Shown here piece after piece: positions 14,932 to 30,600 of a stretch of 64,000 nucleotides of DNA. Both the position numbers and the translations under genes were made by a program. Source of the stretch: the human T2T-CHM13v2.0 reference genome, Homo sapiens; the NCBI RefSeq assembly GCF_009914755.1, contig NC_060930.1. One strand, given 5' to 3'. The notes beneath the pieces were generated by a model. It worked only from the letters and a program-made list of their open reading frames with translations. It was not told the origin of the DNA and did no database searches. The first letter of the stretch is position 1, and every line of letters begins with the position of its first letter.

Positions 14932-15707
14932 ACAGTTACTTGTTGAAATCCACAGAAGCCTTGTGTGAATATAGACAGTGATGAGTACTAAAGATTCAAC
15001 CATGAAAAATGCATAAAAAAGCATTTTTGTGAAAAAATTTTTTTTTCTCTTTAGGGCAGAAGGGTTTAATCAAAAGGTTTAATTAATGCTTTTGAAATTA
15101 GCGTTTAATTTATAATTTACTTAGTGAGTTTACTGCGAACAAGGCCGACTTTGCATATCTAAATAAAATATTTTCCTCAGCAAATTGGCCCTTGAGAGAA
15201 GAAAAATTGAAAAATCTGAATTGATTTTTTAATGTACATCTTTCAACTGCTGCTTTTACAGAGAACCTGAATTCCATTCCCATACTCAGTTTCTTCTCCT
15301 ATTACCTTTACCAGATCCTTGTCAATTTTATTTTATTCACCTGAAAAATTATCAGATCCACACCTCTGTGGAGCCCATGAGGAAGAACACGACGCACGTA
15401 AGCAGCAAACCCCAAGCTGGGTTGGCTTAGACCTGAGACAGGCAGCAAGGCATTTTCTTTTTTTTTTTTTTTATTTATTTTTTTTAATTTTAATTTTTTT
15501 TTTTTATACTTTAAGTTTTAGGGTACATGTGCACATTGTGCAGGTTAGTTACATATGTATACATGTGCCACGCTGGTGCGCTGCACCCACTAACTCGTCA
15601 TCTAGCATTAGGTATATCTCCCAATGCTATCCCTCCCTCCTCCCCCCACCCCACCACAGTCCCCAGAGTGTGCTATTCCCCTTCCTGTGTCCATGTGATC
15701 TCATTGT

Positions 15708-19533
<3,826 letters not shown>

Positions 19534-19596
19534 TATGATGTTAGCTGGTGATTTTGCTCGTTAGTTGATGCAGTTTCTTCCTAGTCTCGATGGTCT

Positions 19597-20612
19597 TTAC
19601 ATTTTGGCATGATTTTGCAGCCGCTGGTACCGGTTGTTCCTTTCTATGTTTAGTGCTTCCTTCAGGAGCTCTTTTAGGGCAGGCCTGGTGGTGACAAAAT
19701 CTCTCAGCATTTGCTTGTCTGTAAAGTATTTTATTTCTCCTTCACTTATGAAGCTTAGTTTGGCTGGATATGAAATTCTGGGTTGAAAATTCTTTTCTTG
19801 AAGAATGTTGAATACTGGCCCCCATTCTCTTCTGGCTGGTAGGGTTTCTGCCGAGAGATCTGCTGTTAGTCTGATGGGCTTCCCTTTGAGGGTAACCCGA
19901 CCTTTCTCTCTGGCTGCCCTTAACATTTTTTCCTTCATTTCAACTTTGGTGAATCTGACAATTATGTGTCTTGGAGTTGCTCTTCTCGAGGAGTATCTTT
20001 GTGGCGTTCTCTGTATTTCCTGAATCTGAACGTTGGCCTGCCTTGCTAGATTGGGAAGTTCTCCCGGATAATATCCTGCAGAGTGTTTTCCAACTTGGTT
20101 CCATTCTCCCCGTCACTTTCAGGCACATCAATCAGACGTAGATTTGGTCTTTTCACATAGTCCCATACTTCTTGGAGGCTTTGCTCATTTCTTTTTATTC
20201 TTTTTTCTCTAAACTTCCCTTCTCACTTCATTTCATTCATTTCATCTTCCATTGCTGATACCCTTTCTTCCAGTTGATCTCATCGGCTCCTGAGGCTTCT
20301 GCATTCCTCACGTAGTTCTTGAGCCTTGGTTTTCAGCTCCATCAGCTCCTTTAAGCACTTCTCTGTATTGGTTATTCTAGTTATACATTCTTCTAAATTT
20401 TTTTCAAAGTTTTCAACTTCTTTGCCTTTGGTTTGAATGTCCTCCCGTAGCTCAGAGTAATTTCATCATCTGAAGCCTTCTTCTCTCAGCTCGTCAAAGT
20501 CATTCTCCATCCAGCTTTGTTCCGTTGCTGGTGAGGAACTGTGTTCCTTTGGAGGAGGAGAGGCGCTCTGCGTTTTAGAGTTTCCAGTTTTTCTGTTCTG
20601 TTTTTTCCCCAT
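19597..20612 (-). pseudogene. L1 ORF1p, disrupted
   Basis: ATGGGGAAAAAA start at 20612; intact C-terminal piece MKEKMLRAAREKGRVTLKGKPIRLTADLSAETL; TGA near 20467 and a 1-bp deletion near 20053. Confidence 0.9.
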
Positions 20613-21512
20613 CTTTGTGGTTTTATCTACTTTTGGTCTTTGATGATGGTGATGTACAGATGGGTTTCTGGTGTGGATGTCCTTTCTGTTAGTTTTCCTT
20701 CTAACAGACAGGACCCTCAGCTGCAGGTCTGTTGGAATACCCTGCCGTGTGAGGTGTCAGTGTGCCCCTGCTGGGGGGTGCCTCCCAGTTAGGCTGCTCG
20801 GGGGTCAGGGGTCAGGGACCCACTTGAGGAGGCAGTCTGCCCGTTCTCAGATCTCCAGCTGCGTGCTGGGAGAACCACTGCTCTCTTCAAAGCTGTCAGA
20901 CAGGGACATTGAAGTCTGCACAGGTTACTGCTGTCTTTTTGTTTGTCTGTGCCCTGCCCCCAGAGGTGGAGCCTACAGAGGCAGGCAGGCCTCCTTGAGC
21001 TGTGGTGGGCTCCACCCAGTTTGAGCTTCCCTGGCTGGCTTTGTTTACCTAATCAAGCCTGGGCAATGGTGGGCGCCCCTCCCCCAGCCTCGCTGCCGCC
21101 TTGCAGTTTGATCGCAGACTGCTGTGCTAGCAATCAGCGAGACTCCGTGGGGTAGGACCCTCCGAGCCAGGTGCGGGGTATAATCTCGTGGTGTGCCGTT
21201 TTTTAAGCCAGTCCGAAAAGCGCAATATTCGGGTGGGAGTGACCTGATTTTCCAGGTGCGTCTGTCACCCCTTTCTTTGACTCGGAAAGGGAACTCCCTG
21301 ACCCCTTGCGCTTCCCAAGTGAGGCAATGCCTCGCCCTGCTTTGGCTGGCGCAGGGTGCGTGCACCCACTGACCTGCGCCCACTGTCTGGCACTCCCTAG
21401 TGAGATGAACCCGGTACCTCAGATGGAAATGCAGAAATCACCCGTCTTCTGCGTCACTCACGCTGGGAGCTGTAGACCGGAGCTGTTCCTATTCGGCCAT
21501 CTTGGCTTCTCC
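20613..21512. promoter_or_regulatory. L1 5'UTR with sense promoter (-) and antisense promoter (+)
   Basis: CpG-rich L1 5'UTR; YY1 site (ggccatcttg on +) at ~21495-21504; promoter activity assumed from family knowledge. Confidence 0.75.
21066..21155 (+). pseudogene. L1 ORF0, truncated to 29 aa
   Basis: MVGAPPPASLPPCSLIADCCASNQRDSVG* matches the ORF0 N-terminus; a 1-bp deletion (gtgg^ggtag) gives an early TAG. Confidence 0.8.
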
Positions 21513-22029
21513 AGGCATTTTCAATTGACAGTAGAAAACAACAATGGGAATGGAGGCTTTTTGTGAAAAAAAGGTTCTCATAAACTCATGGGCAGCCATA
21601 AGCTTTTAAAGGGAGCCACACCATAGACTTTGATTTCCATCACCTGTAATTGTCAAATAATAATGTTACTATTATTAAAAACAGATAATGTTCAGTAAGT
21701 TCTTGCCATGAGCCACACAGGAACAACTATATAAACCATAAAGGTAGTAAAATCAAAAATGAAAAGCTTTGGTAACATAACTAGAAAACCTACTTTTTAA
21801 AATAGGATTTTTACTAAGTCTAGGTAAGAAGACTTTTTGTACTTCACAAAAGGCACCCAAAAGAGAACAGTTTAAGTGGAATACAAAGGGATGCAGGCTT
21901 TAATGAGTTTTTTGGCTGACAGTGAAACATGATACAAGTACCATCCAGACTACCAGTACTAGCACATGATCAGGGATCAGAAGTTAGGAGAAAGATGAGC
22001 AGAGAATGAGAATCAGCAGTTATTAGAGT

Positions 22030-22185
22030 ATGTATGCATCTCATTCAATGATAATTTAAAAAAACAGAGGAAGTAATATTATATGCCTTATCTTATAGAT
22101 GAAAGCCTCAAGATGAGTTTAAAGGGCCAGAACTAAAATTCAAACTTACCTGGGCCTCATTCCAAAGCCAGTGTTTTGCTCTTAG
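22030..22185. mobile_element. MIR fragment
   Basis: ttatagatgaaag...ccagaactaaaattcaaac...ttccaaagcc, degenerate MIR core. Confidence 0.5.
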
Positions 22186-22529
22186 AATTATCTACCTCTG
22201 CACACCAGTCAAAGCAAGATGCTGCTCTAGCCGTTCCTGGATGGTGTACTCAGCCCAGTGTTAGTGTAGATGGATTCTGGCAAATATGCACACCTATATT
22301 ATAGTTACAGGTGTCACATTAGGATGTTAGTGGGTCATTTTTCTAGGTGCTATAGACTGGCTTTGGGTCTTTGGGTGAAATTTAACCAAAAGATTATACA
22401 ACTGGAATCAGGTTTTCTAAACTGTTACAAAATTGGATTAAAGCAGTTCATGCTAGTTGTCACCAAAGCACAACCTCCTTAATTGGATATCACATTAATT
22501 GGGAATTCAGGAATATGAAACTCCACCAT

Positions 22530-23200
22530 GCAAATAGTATTTCAGTTTCTCAGGCCACAGACCTTGGAATTATGATCAACAATTCTCTTTCTCTCACACC
22601 CTTTGTTCAATTTCTCTGGAAATCCTTTTGTCTCTACCTTCAAAACATATCCAGAATCTGGCCCTTTCACACCATCTTCACAGCTACCACTCTGTTTTAA
22701 GCCACCATTATTTTTCACTTGAATGTTTCAATAGCATCCTAATGGTCATTTGCTTACATTCTTGTCCTTACCTACTGTTCTTCACAGAGAATCCAACTGA
22801 TCCTTTTAAAACTCATTTGCTCCTCAGTTCAAAATCCTCCATTGGCATTCTATTTCACTCAGGATAAAAGTCAAAGTTCTTGTGAGATTTACAAGGCCTG
22901 ACTTGATCTCCACCTCCACTCCCTTTGCTCTCCAGCCCCATCTCCAATTATTCTCATCTTTGCTCATTCTGTTCCAGTCATCCTTGCTATTTCTTAATAC
23001 CTGAGTCATGCTCCTTCCTTGGAGACTTTGTAAGAGCTGTTTCCTCTGCCTGGAATTTTCTTCCCCCAGAATCAATGTGGTTGCCTCCTGTACCTTCTTC
23101 CAACCTTTGTTCAAATGTCACCTTTTCAATAAGTTTTACCCTCCCCACCCTATTTATAATGACAACATCCTTTAGTTAACATCCTCCTTATGCTGTAGTT
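22530..23200 (+). mobile_element. L2 LINE fragment
   Basis: ctctaccttcaaaacatatccagaatctg, ctcaggataaaagtcaaag and ctgtttcctctgcctggaa are typical L2 3' motifs. Confidence 0.8.
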
Positions 23201-24859
23201 ACTTTTTCTTTTTCAATCTCGGATCTCTAAAGGAAATTTTTACAGAGATCCAAGAGCATACTTCAAGCATTTTTAGAGAGATGTAAACCAGATCAACCCA
23301 GCCATACCCCCTGTTCTGCTACATTTTTTTTTGCTATAGCAGGGAAGCATTCCCTTTGAAAAACAGCACCATAAGTGGAATTGTTCCTTATACTACCATT
23401 GAGAAGCCAGTGATCTCATTCTTCATTAAAAAACACCAATTTTCCATCCAACAAATTCATTTTTATTTCAGAGCATTCTTGTGGAAATGTACGAGATTCT
23501 CATAACTGAGTATATTGATTCACCACTAAGATAATAGCACTTTCAAAATAGTCTCTGAGAATCAGAAAAAGAAAATATTTTAACACTTAGGAATTCTGTA
23601 GGTGTTGAAAATATATCATTGCTTTGTGGATTTGTTCAAAATCCTCTTGACTGAGAGGGAAAATTTTTTAAAGAGGCCAAAATATTTTATCTGAGAATGT
23701 AAATGAAACAAACTTGTTCTGGTTGTTTTCAGGAGTTCTAGAAGCTTTACAAGGTTTAGTGAAAAAATTAAGTATTAACAAAAATGAAGAGGTTCAGGTA
23801 GCTTTTATTCTATGAGACTACATTTTCATTCTGTATAGCAGTAGATGAGCTCTTATCAGTGGGTGCTTCCTAAACAGGCCTCAACATTGTAAGATAGTGT
23901 CTCTGACAACAGGTTTATAATTACATGAGAAACACTTCAAGTATATGGTTACTTCTCTCACAGACTTAAATTTAGTTCCCTTAGATTTGAAGCTAATCAG
24001 GGAAAACTTCTACACTAAATATGTTTATCCAGTCACTGCAGCCCAACTAGGCTTTTACAGTAAAGTATAGTATAGCAAACTCCACAAAATTGCACAAACT
24101 CTTTGTCACAGCCATAAAATGGGTCCTAAGTAGTTACTTCCATAAGGGGAGAATTAGAGTGACCAACTGAACAATCATCAGTGCAATTAATAGATTTCAG
24201 TCAGATCAATACAGTTTGATATTGATTGTTCTCTTCCCATCCCTCATCACCGTCGTCTTCATCCCCACTCTGGTTTCAACCATTAGGGGGCTAGGCTTGG
24301 GGTTTCATAGGTAGGCTCCCCCCCATCCATTCCACTCCTCTCCCCACTGGAATCCTCCAGACTTTACTCCATCAGGATTTTTCCCTGAGATAAAATTTCT
24401 TTCAATTTAGCTCAATTTAATTTTAGGTTTCTTCTTTTAGGATTTATTGACAGGAATGTTTCACCTTATTTGTGACATAGACTGATTCTATTTCACATTA
24501 GAATTTTAGAATCTGTCTCTTGAGTAGTAATTTGGCAGAAATATTTTATTTGGATTAATCAGCAACCCACAATTTGCTCTTGCTATTATTTTTAAGTCAC
24601 AAACTCCCTGATCAGTGTTAAACAAATTGTTTTTCAAAAATACAACTTTGTGACCAACTATCTAAAAAGTGAAGGGAGGGAGATTTTGTGTGCTTTAGTT
24701 TGAATTCCTTGATGGGGCATTAGTTACCTCCTGTGGATAAGATGTGGCACTCCAGCCTGATGTGAAACAATATTCACCCCCTTGGCATTAAGCAAACTTT
24801 CCCCACAAACCAAAATAATAATGATTTAAAAAAAATACAAATAGGATTTTAATAGATGT

Positions 24860-25060
24860 AATGCCACAGTAAGTTCTGTGGACAAACATGTTTGGGAAAT
24901 CTTGGCTTAAGTCAAATTAATGGTTTTATTTCGGTCTTCTATTTTGTTTTGTTTTATTCATATGCTTGATGAATCTATAAAAGGTGATATAGTATAATTT
25001 CCAGAATTATTTAAACTAGAGAGTATTTTAGACTAATATGAAAGAATAATTTAAAAAATA
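24860..25060. mobile_element. Probable hAT-Charlie (MER5-family) fossil
   Basis: gttctgtggacaaacatgtttgggaaat and tttccagaattatttaaactaga resemble MER5-type inverted ends; degenerate. Confidence 0.4.
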
Positions 25061-25429
25061 CTATCTTAAAGGACCAGTAATATAAATATTCCTTTTAAAA
25101 TATACATTTAGTTTTTTTAATTTCCCGATTAAATGATTAATTAAAATGTCAGAATTCTAAGAAAAATTTGTTTACAACATTAGGAAGGGTAAGTAAGTAC
25201 ATTCAGATGTCAGTAATACTATCCTTTGTCATTAAAAAAATGGAAGTTTAAAATATCCACCAGAGAATAAATTGAATTTTTATAAGATTTTCAATGTTAA
25301 ACCTGTTAAATTGACTGACTCAAGTTAAAAAGGAAACCCTTTCTTAATTTTTTTGTTCTAATTCCATCTTTTAAAAGTAAAATTTTAAAGAATAACTTTA
25401 TTGTTACTATTCATATTATCAGTATGGTA

Positions 25430-26010
25430 GACAGAACTTCTTTGAGCTAAGGTAAAAAGGCAAATTCAAGTATCAACTATGACTTTTATCAGCTAGGATA
25501 TTGGTCCAGCAGAGTTTCTATGTCATCCTTCAAAGGAAAAATAATAGTAATACAATTTAATGACACTGAATATTCATTACTGAGAATTTACAATGGTCCA
25601 GGCCTTATGCTACATGGCAGGTACATAAAACAATGAACTCCAAAGTTTGCAGCAATCTAGTAGGGGGAAATAAACATAATTTTTAAAAAGACAACATAAA
25701 ATAGAAAAAATATGGACCAAAATACAAATGTAACAGAGTTGTTACGAAGAAATTGGCATTCCGTAATTAGTGTCAGGGCATTGAAAAGGAACTTAGCTAA
25801 GGCAGGAGAATCAGCCTCTGCAAAGGTAAGGTAATGTGGAAGAGTATGGCAAGTTTTGGAAACCATGGGTATCATGGATCTTTTCCATGATAGACAAAGG
25901 CCACATCATGGAAACTCTCACTCATAAGCTAAGAAACTCAAACTTATTTTACCCAGGCAGGAGGGACGTTTACAGGGTTTCAGCAGTGTGGTGACCTGAG
26001 CATGCATATG
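25430..26010. mobile_element. MIR plus antisense L2 fragments
   Basis: ttcaagtatcaactatgac (MIR-like); tattcattactgagaatttacaatggtccaggcc and ggccacatcatggaa (antisense L2-like). Confidence 0.5.
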
Positions 26011-26014
26011 CTTT

Positions 26015-26574
26015 TGTTAGGGAAAAAGGACCATAGGAGAGCCAGGGCAACATCATTTTAAAATCAACATCATCTTAAAACTAGCAAAGCATATTCCTTG
26101 ATAGTCATGAGCAATGGTCATGAGATGTTTACAACTACTGAAGCAGTTTAGTAATGCTTTCCCACAAGGACAAATTCCTACGACAGTGGAATGTTCAGAT
26201 GTCCTGATATCACATAACAACACATGCTTTTAAGATAGTAATAGTCATGTCTGATGTACTTAGGCACTATAATACCAAATATAACTTTCTTTAAATCAAC
26301 AAAGTACTAAATTTTGTCATGTTGTCAGCTCACCCACAAGTAGAGCTAATTTAGCTTAGCTTTTACACAGATGAGGCCCCTATGTAAGAAGAGTTTAAAA
26401 CAAAGATGACGTGTTCCTCCTCTTGCTTTCTGAGAACACCCTACTCTGTAGCTGAGTAGCTTTCAATAAACTATCTTTCTCACCGAACTCTGTGACTTGC
26501 CTTGCATTCCTTCCTGTGCAAGATCAAAGAACCCTATCTCAGGGTCTGGATCAAGACCCCTTTGTCCAGCAACA
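26015..26574 (+). mobile_element. ERV1 solo LTR, MER41-related (subfamily uncertain)
   Basis: tgttaggg...catcttaaaactagc; AATAAA at 26465; U5 aagaaccctatctcagggtctggatcaagacccctt...aaca; TG..CA ends. Confidence 0.8.
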
Positions 26575-27630
26575 CTGAACAAGTTATACTGCCCAGGACA
26601 GGAAAAAGGTGATCATCTACTCTACTTCTCCATAAATTTGTTTGGAGGATCAGTTTCTTTTTAGAACATTCTGTCATACAAACACAAGGTATTTGTAAGG
26701 TGCTCCTCTCAGAGTAAGGCTTTTACCAGGTTTTACGACATAAACTGTACATTTAACTTTTTTTTTTAATTTTCTGTCCTAAATGGTGGATTCCCTCTAG
26801 ATTTCCTGTCACGAAAAGGAATTCTAGACAAATGCCACAAAGTCATACAGCAAGATTTAGGGGTAGACCTCGTTTGGAAATTTTACAAAACCCAAGGATA
26901 AGCAAGCGTAGGGATGATACAGTTACACAATCTTTAATTCCCTTATTGTCCCCCAGAGGTGAGTGCTGCTACCCAGATGCTACAGCACCTACAGTGTGGA
27001 CACCTATTTCCTCCTCCCAGCTTTTCCCCCTTTTTAAAGGTCAGCTGGGGGAAAGTAGACTTGCCAATGAGGAGATTAGAGGCTGTCAAAGCAGAAGAGT
27101 CTGGATCAGTGTGCCAGCTCTTTGTAGGCATTATCTGCAATATAGGCTGCCCAGCATCCAGAGACCTGAAGGCCTGTGGAATATTGCAAGGCCTTGTCAT
27201 AGGGATAGAGTCATTAGTTTGATGAAAGCCTGAACCTGGGGGCATATCCTGTCTCTGAGGAAAATTGGACCTTACAGTCCAAGCTATCTTGTCCAGAAAA
27301 CCCTAGTAAGTTCCCAGGGTCATTTTTAGATTATCCTGCTTATTTCTCTGTAGCTCTATATTGATGATTTAGATGCTTTAGAAAGTTTATGCATTTCAGA
27401 GATGCTCATTGTAATGTGCTGTAGTCCCTATAGTACCAATCGCATGCAATAATATCTCCAACTTTTTTTTTTTTTTTTTCCTTTTCAAGGCTTCCCAGGC
27501 TGGGAAACACTAAATTAAGCATTAAATTGTAGTCTGATTTTTAAAATTGCTAAATTTTATGAAACTACTTTGCATCATTATTTAATAAAATACCACGGTG
27601 TGTGGCTCAGATAATTAAATCACAGAAAAA

Positions 27631-30600
27631 TGTCCAGAGAGACAGCAGACAGCCAAGGGTCCCAGGTGAAACCCTGCCTTCAAGCCTAAAACAGTCTGAA
27701 GGCTGAAAAACCAGACTGCTGGTCGCAAATGAAACCCGCCCTTTCCCAATTGATTCTTTCTGAATAATGCCCACCTGTACACTAGGAGGAGGGGGTAGAG
27801 TTCAGGAAGTTTGCACCGTTTTGCGGGGGAGGGGAGTGGAGAGGAGCCTGGCCCCTCCTGTTCCTGTGCTGTGAACTGGGATTCAACCTGTGAGGCAGGA
27901 AACCTAACAGGACTCTCTCTTGCTTTGCTGAGAGTTATTTTTTCTTTTCCCTTTTCACGCAGTAAATTCCATTTTCCTCACCTTTCTATGTGTCTGTGAG
28001 CCTAACCTTTCCTGGTCATGTGACAAAAGCCCTGTTTTAGCTGAACTAAGGACAAAGTTCTGCAATACTTTTGGCATCCAGACATGGGGCTTGAAGAAGG
28101 ATGGTAACATATAAACTAAAACATCTTTTTTTCTTTGACTTCTAAGCTGTTTTTGTCCTCACCCTTTTTCTGAGGGTGGAGAAAATTATGCCTCACCAGA
28201 CCACATTACTCCTGGGGGTCAGAATTGTTGGCCATTTCATTCTCTTTTCAGGATGGACTGGTGAACTGGTGGTTCCCCAGCAACCCCTCTTAAGTTTAGG
28301 AACCCATTGGCATAAGAATTAGAGGTTCTTCCTCCAGGCATCTTTCCAACCCTGCACTTTAACTATTTTTTCCTTTTCTCTACCTGTCAGAAGTTAACTT
28401 TTATGTGAGAGGCTTTTTTTTTTCTTTTTAGAAAACATTTTACAGGGCAGGACCCCAGCTATCACTGTTTATATTCTCTGTAAAATTTTAATTATGAAAA
28501 AGGATTTGTGGGGTTGGTCTTAAACTGAAGCAAATCCAGTGTGCTTTGCCTAACTTTCTGTATGTTCAGTAGCAAACTTTGCTGCAGGCCTCCATCTTGT
28601 TTTACCATGATCTGAAACCACATGGCGATGTTTTGTTCTAGCCTCCACCATTTTACAATGGCACCTAGGTTCAATTCCGGCTTAGAGAATGAGTACTTTA
28701 GGTTGATATCTGTATAGCTATTGCCATTTGCTGATTCTCTTCACCTCTATGAACAACTTCTAGCCTTTTTCTTAAATCTTCTTTTCTCTGGGTTATCTTG
28801 AAAGGTTCTAAATTTTGTAAGAACTGCTCACACCGCTTGGAAATACCTCATATACTCACAGTTAAATCATAACCTTAATTGAGGCTTGTTGGTTTAACCT
28901 GTGAGGTTACCATTAGTAAAGTTTAAAAGACAAAAATATTGGGTTCCTGGTTCAGTTAAAGTCGGGTAGTAAGAGAGTTAAAAGGATTTTCTTAGAGAGT
29001 GTTCAGCTTAATTGCAAGTAAATATTCAAGTTATAGGTATATTTAAAAGGCCTTTATGTTTTTCTCTTCTGGGATCTTGTTTTGTTGGAACAAGTTTTTT
29101 CCAGTTGACTGATTCTTTTTCAGTTGACTGAATTCTTTTTCTCCACCTTGTCTTGCCACTCTTAATGTATGCATGAGAGGATAATAATCCAATTAGGAGA
29201 TTAGCAAATGAAAAATCTTATAGCCACTGGGTTTTCTTCTGCCAGTCTATGTAGTTACATATGGGTTGTGTGTGATGTCTATAAAAGAGAGCTGTAATTA
29301 ATTGGCATAAAGAAAAATAAGTGCTTGGACCAAATATTTTTTAAGGGAAGATAAAAGCTGCGGTGCCTTATAGTTCATGTGACTTTAATCTTTGAAAAAT
29401 AAAAACAGCCTTAAAAATTATTAGTAAAATGCAGAGGTCATCAAAATGTAAATAGGTGAACTAAATTATGCAGGTTAGGTACTAGGTTTGCTAAATGTTT
29501 TGGGGTTATTAACTACTTTTTTGGTTTTTGAGAACTGTTTGACTTCCTGCCTAACAACTGGTAAGACCTGGGAACATATGGAACTAATCACACCCTTAAT
29601 TATGCTTAAAGGAGTCAAACATTCAAACCGTGGCTGCACCTAGAACACAATTAAAACAACTTACCAGGCTTTACATTAAAGTTAAAAATTGCTAGGAGTT
29701 GCCGTTATAACATGTAATAGAAACTGCTGGAAATATATTTACATACAAGGTGTGTAAAAACAGTAAAATTTGTTTTTAATAAAAGATTATTAAAAGGCAA
29801 AAAAATAAATTCTTGCCTAGGGTTAAATAATTGTTTTAAATTAGATAAGATAAAGCTATAAATTCAAACAACTGGTGGAAAGATTGTAAAAATTAATATT
29901 GCAAAATAAATTCCACGTATGAGCATATTGACTAAATTCAGTAGGGGTTTTCTGTACATTGAGCATTGAAATAAAAGCACAACAAGGTATTCTTAAGGTG
30001 CTAATCTGCTTTTTAGCAAAATTTGTAAGGGGTTATAAAAGGTTTTTGCTTTTTAAAATTTCTGAGTCATCATTTTGGCAAAATAAATAACTTATGGTAA
30101 TCTGAAATTCTATTTAATAACATGAAGTGTTTTAAACCTCTAACACATCTATCAGACTTCCCAAAATCAAACTTCAGTTTCAAAATTGTCTTTTCTGATG
30201 CCAAGCTTTGGCTGCTACAGAGGGCCCCTGTAGTATTCACAAGAGAGGTAAACAGGATTATTTGACATGTTTAGTTACATGGACTTGCCAAAGTGGTGTT
30301 CAATATTCTTTAGGTTATATTTTGGTGAATAATATTAATATATGTTCTAAAACTGTAGGAGATTTCTAGAATTTTAATGTCTAAAGTATATGGTATCAAT
30401 CATAATTAAGGTTGTTATGCTAAGTTATTGTGAACCACAGAGATAACCAAACTTATTTGTCAATTGTGTTTCTAACTGTAACTGCCTTGGACATTTTGTT
30501 GTTCACAGACAATTGTTTCCTTGTTTTGATCCTTTTCAAAAGATGGTTTATAATCAGCCATAGAACTCTGACACGTGCTCTCAAATACAGGTTTCTGATA

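Noticed and set aside
26832-27245. Overlapping 133-aa and 100-aa ORFs as a gene; WQVYFPQL as an integrase motif
   Set aside because: No recognisable domain; the motif has no supporting HHCC or DDE context, and the + ORF runs through a strong splice donor.
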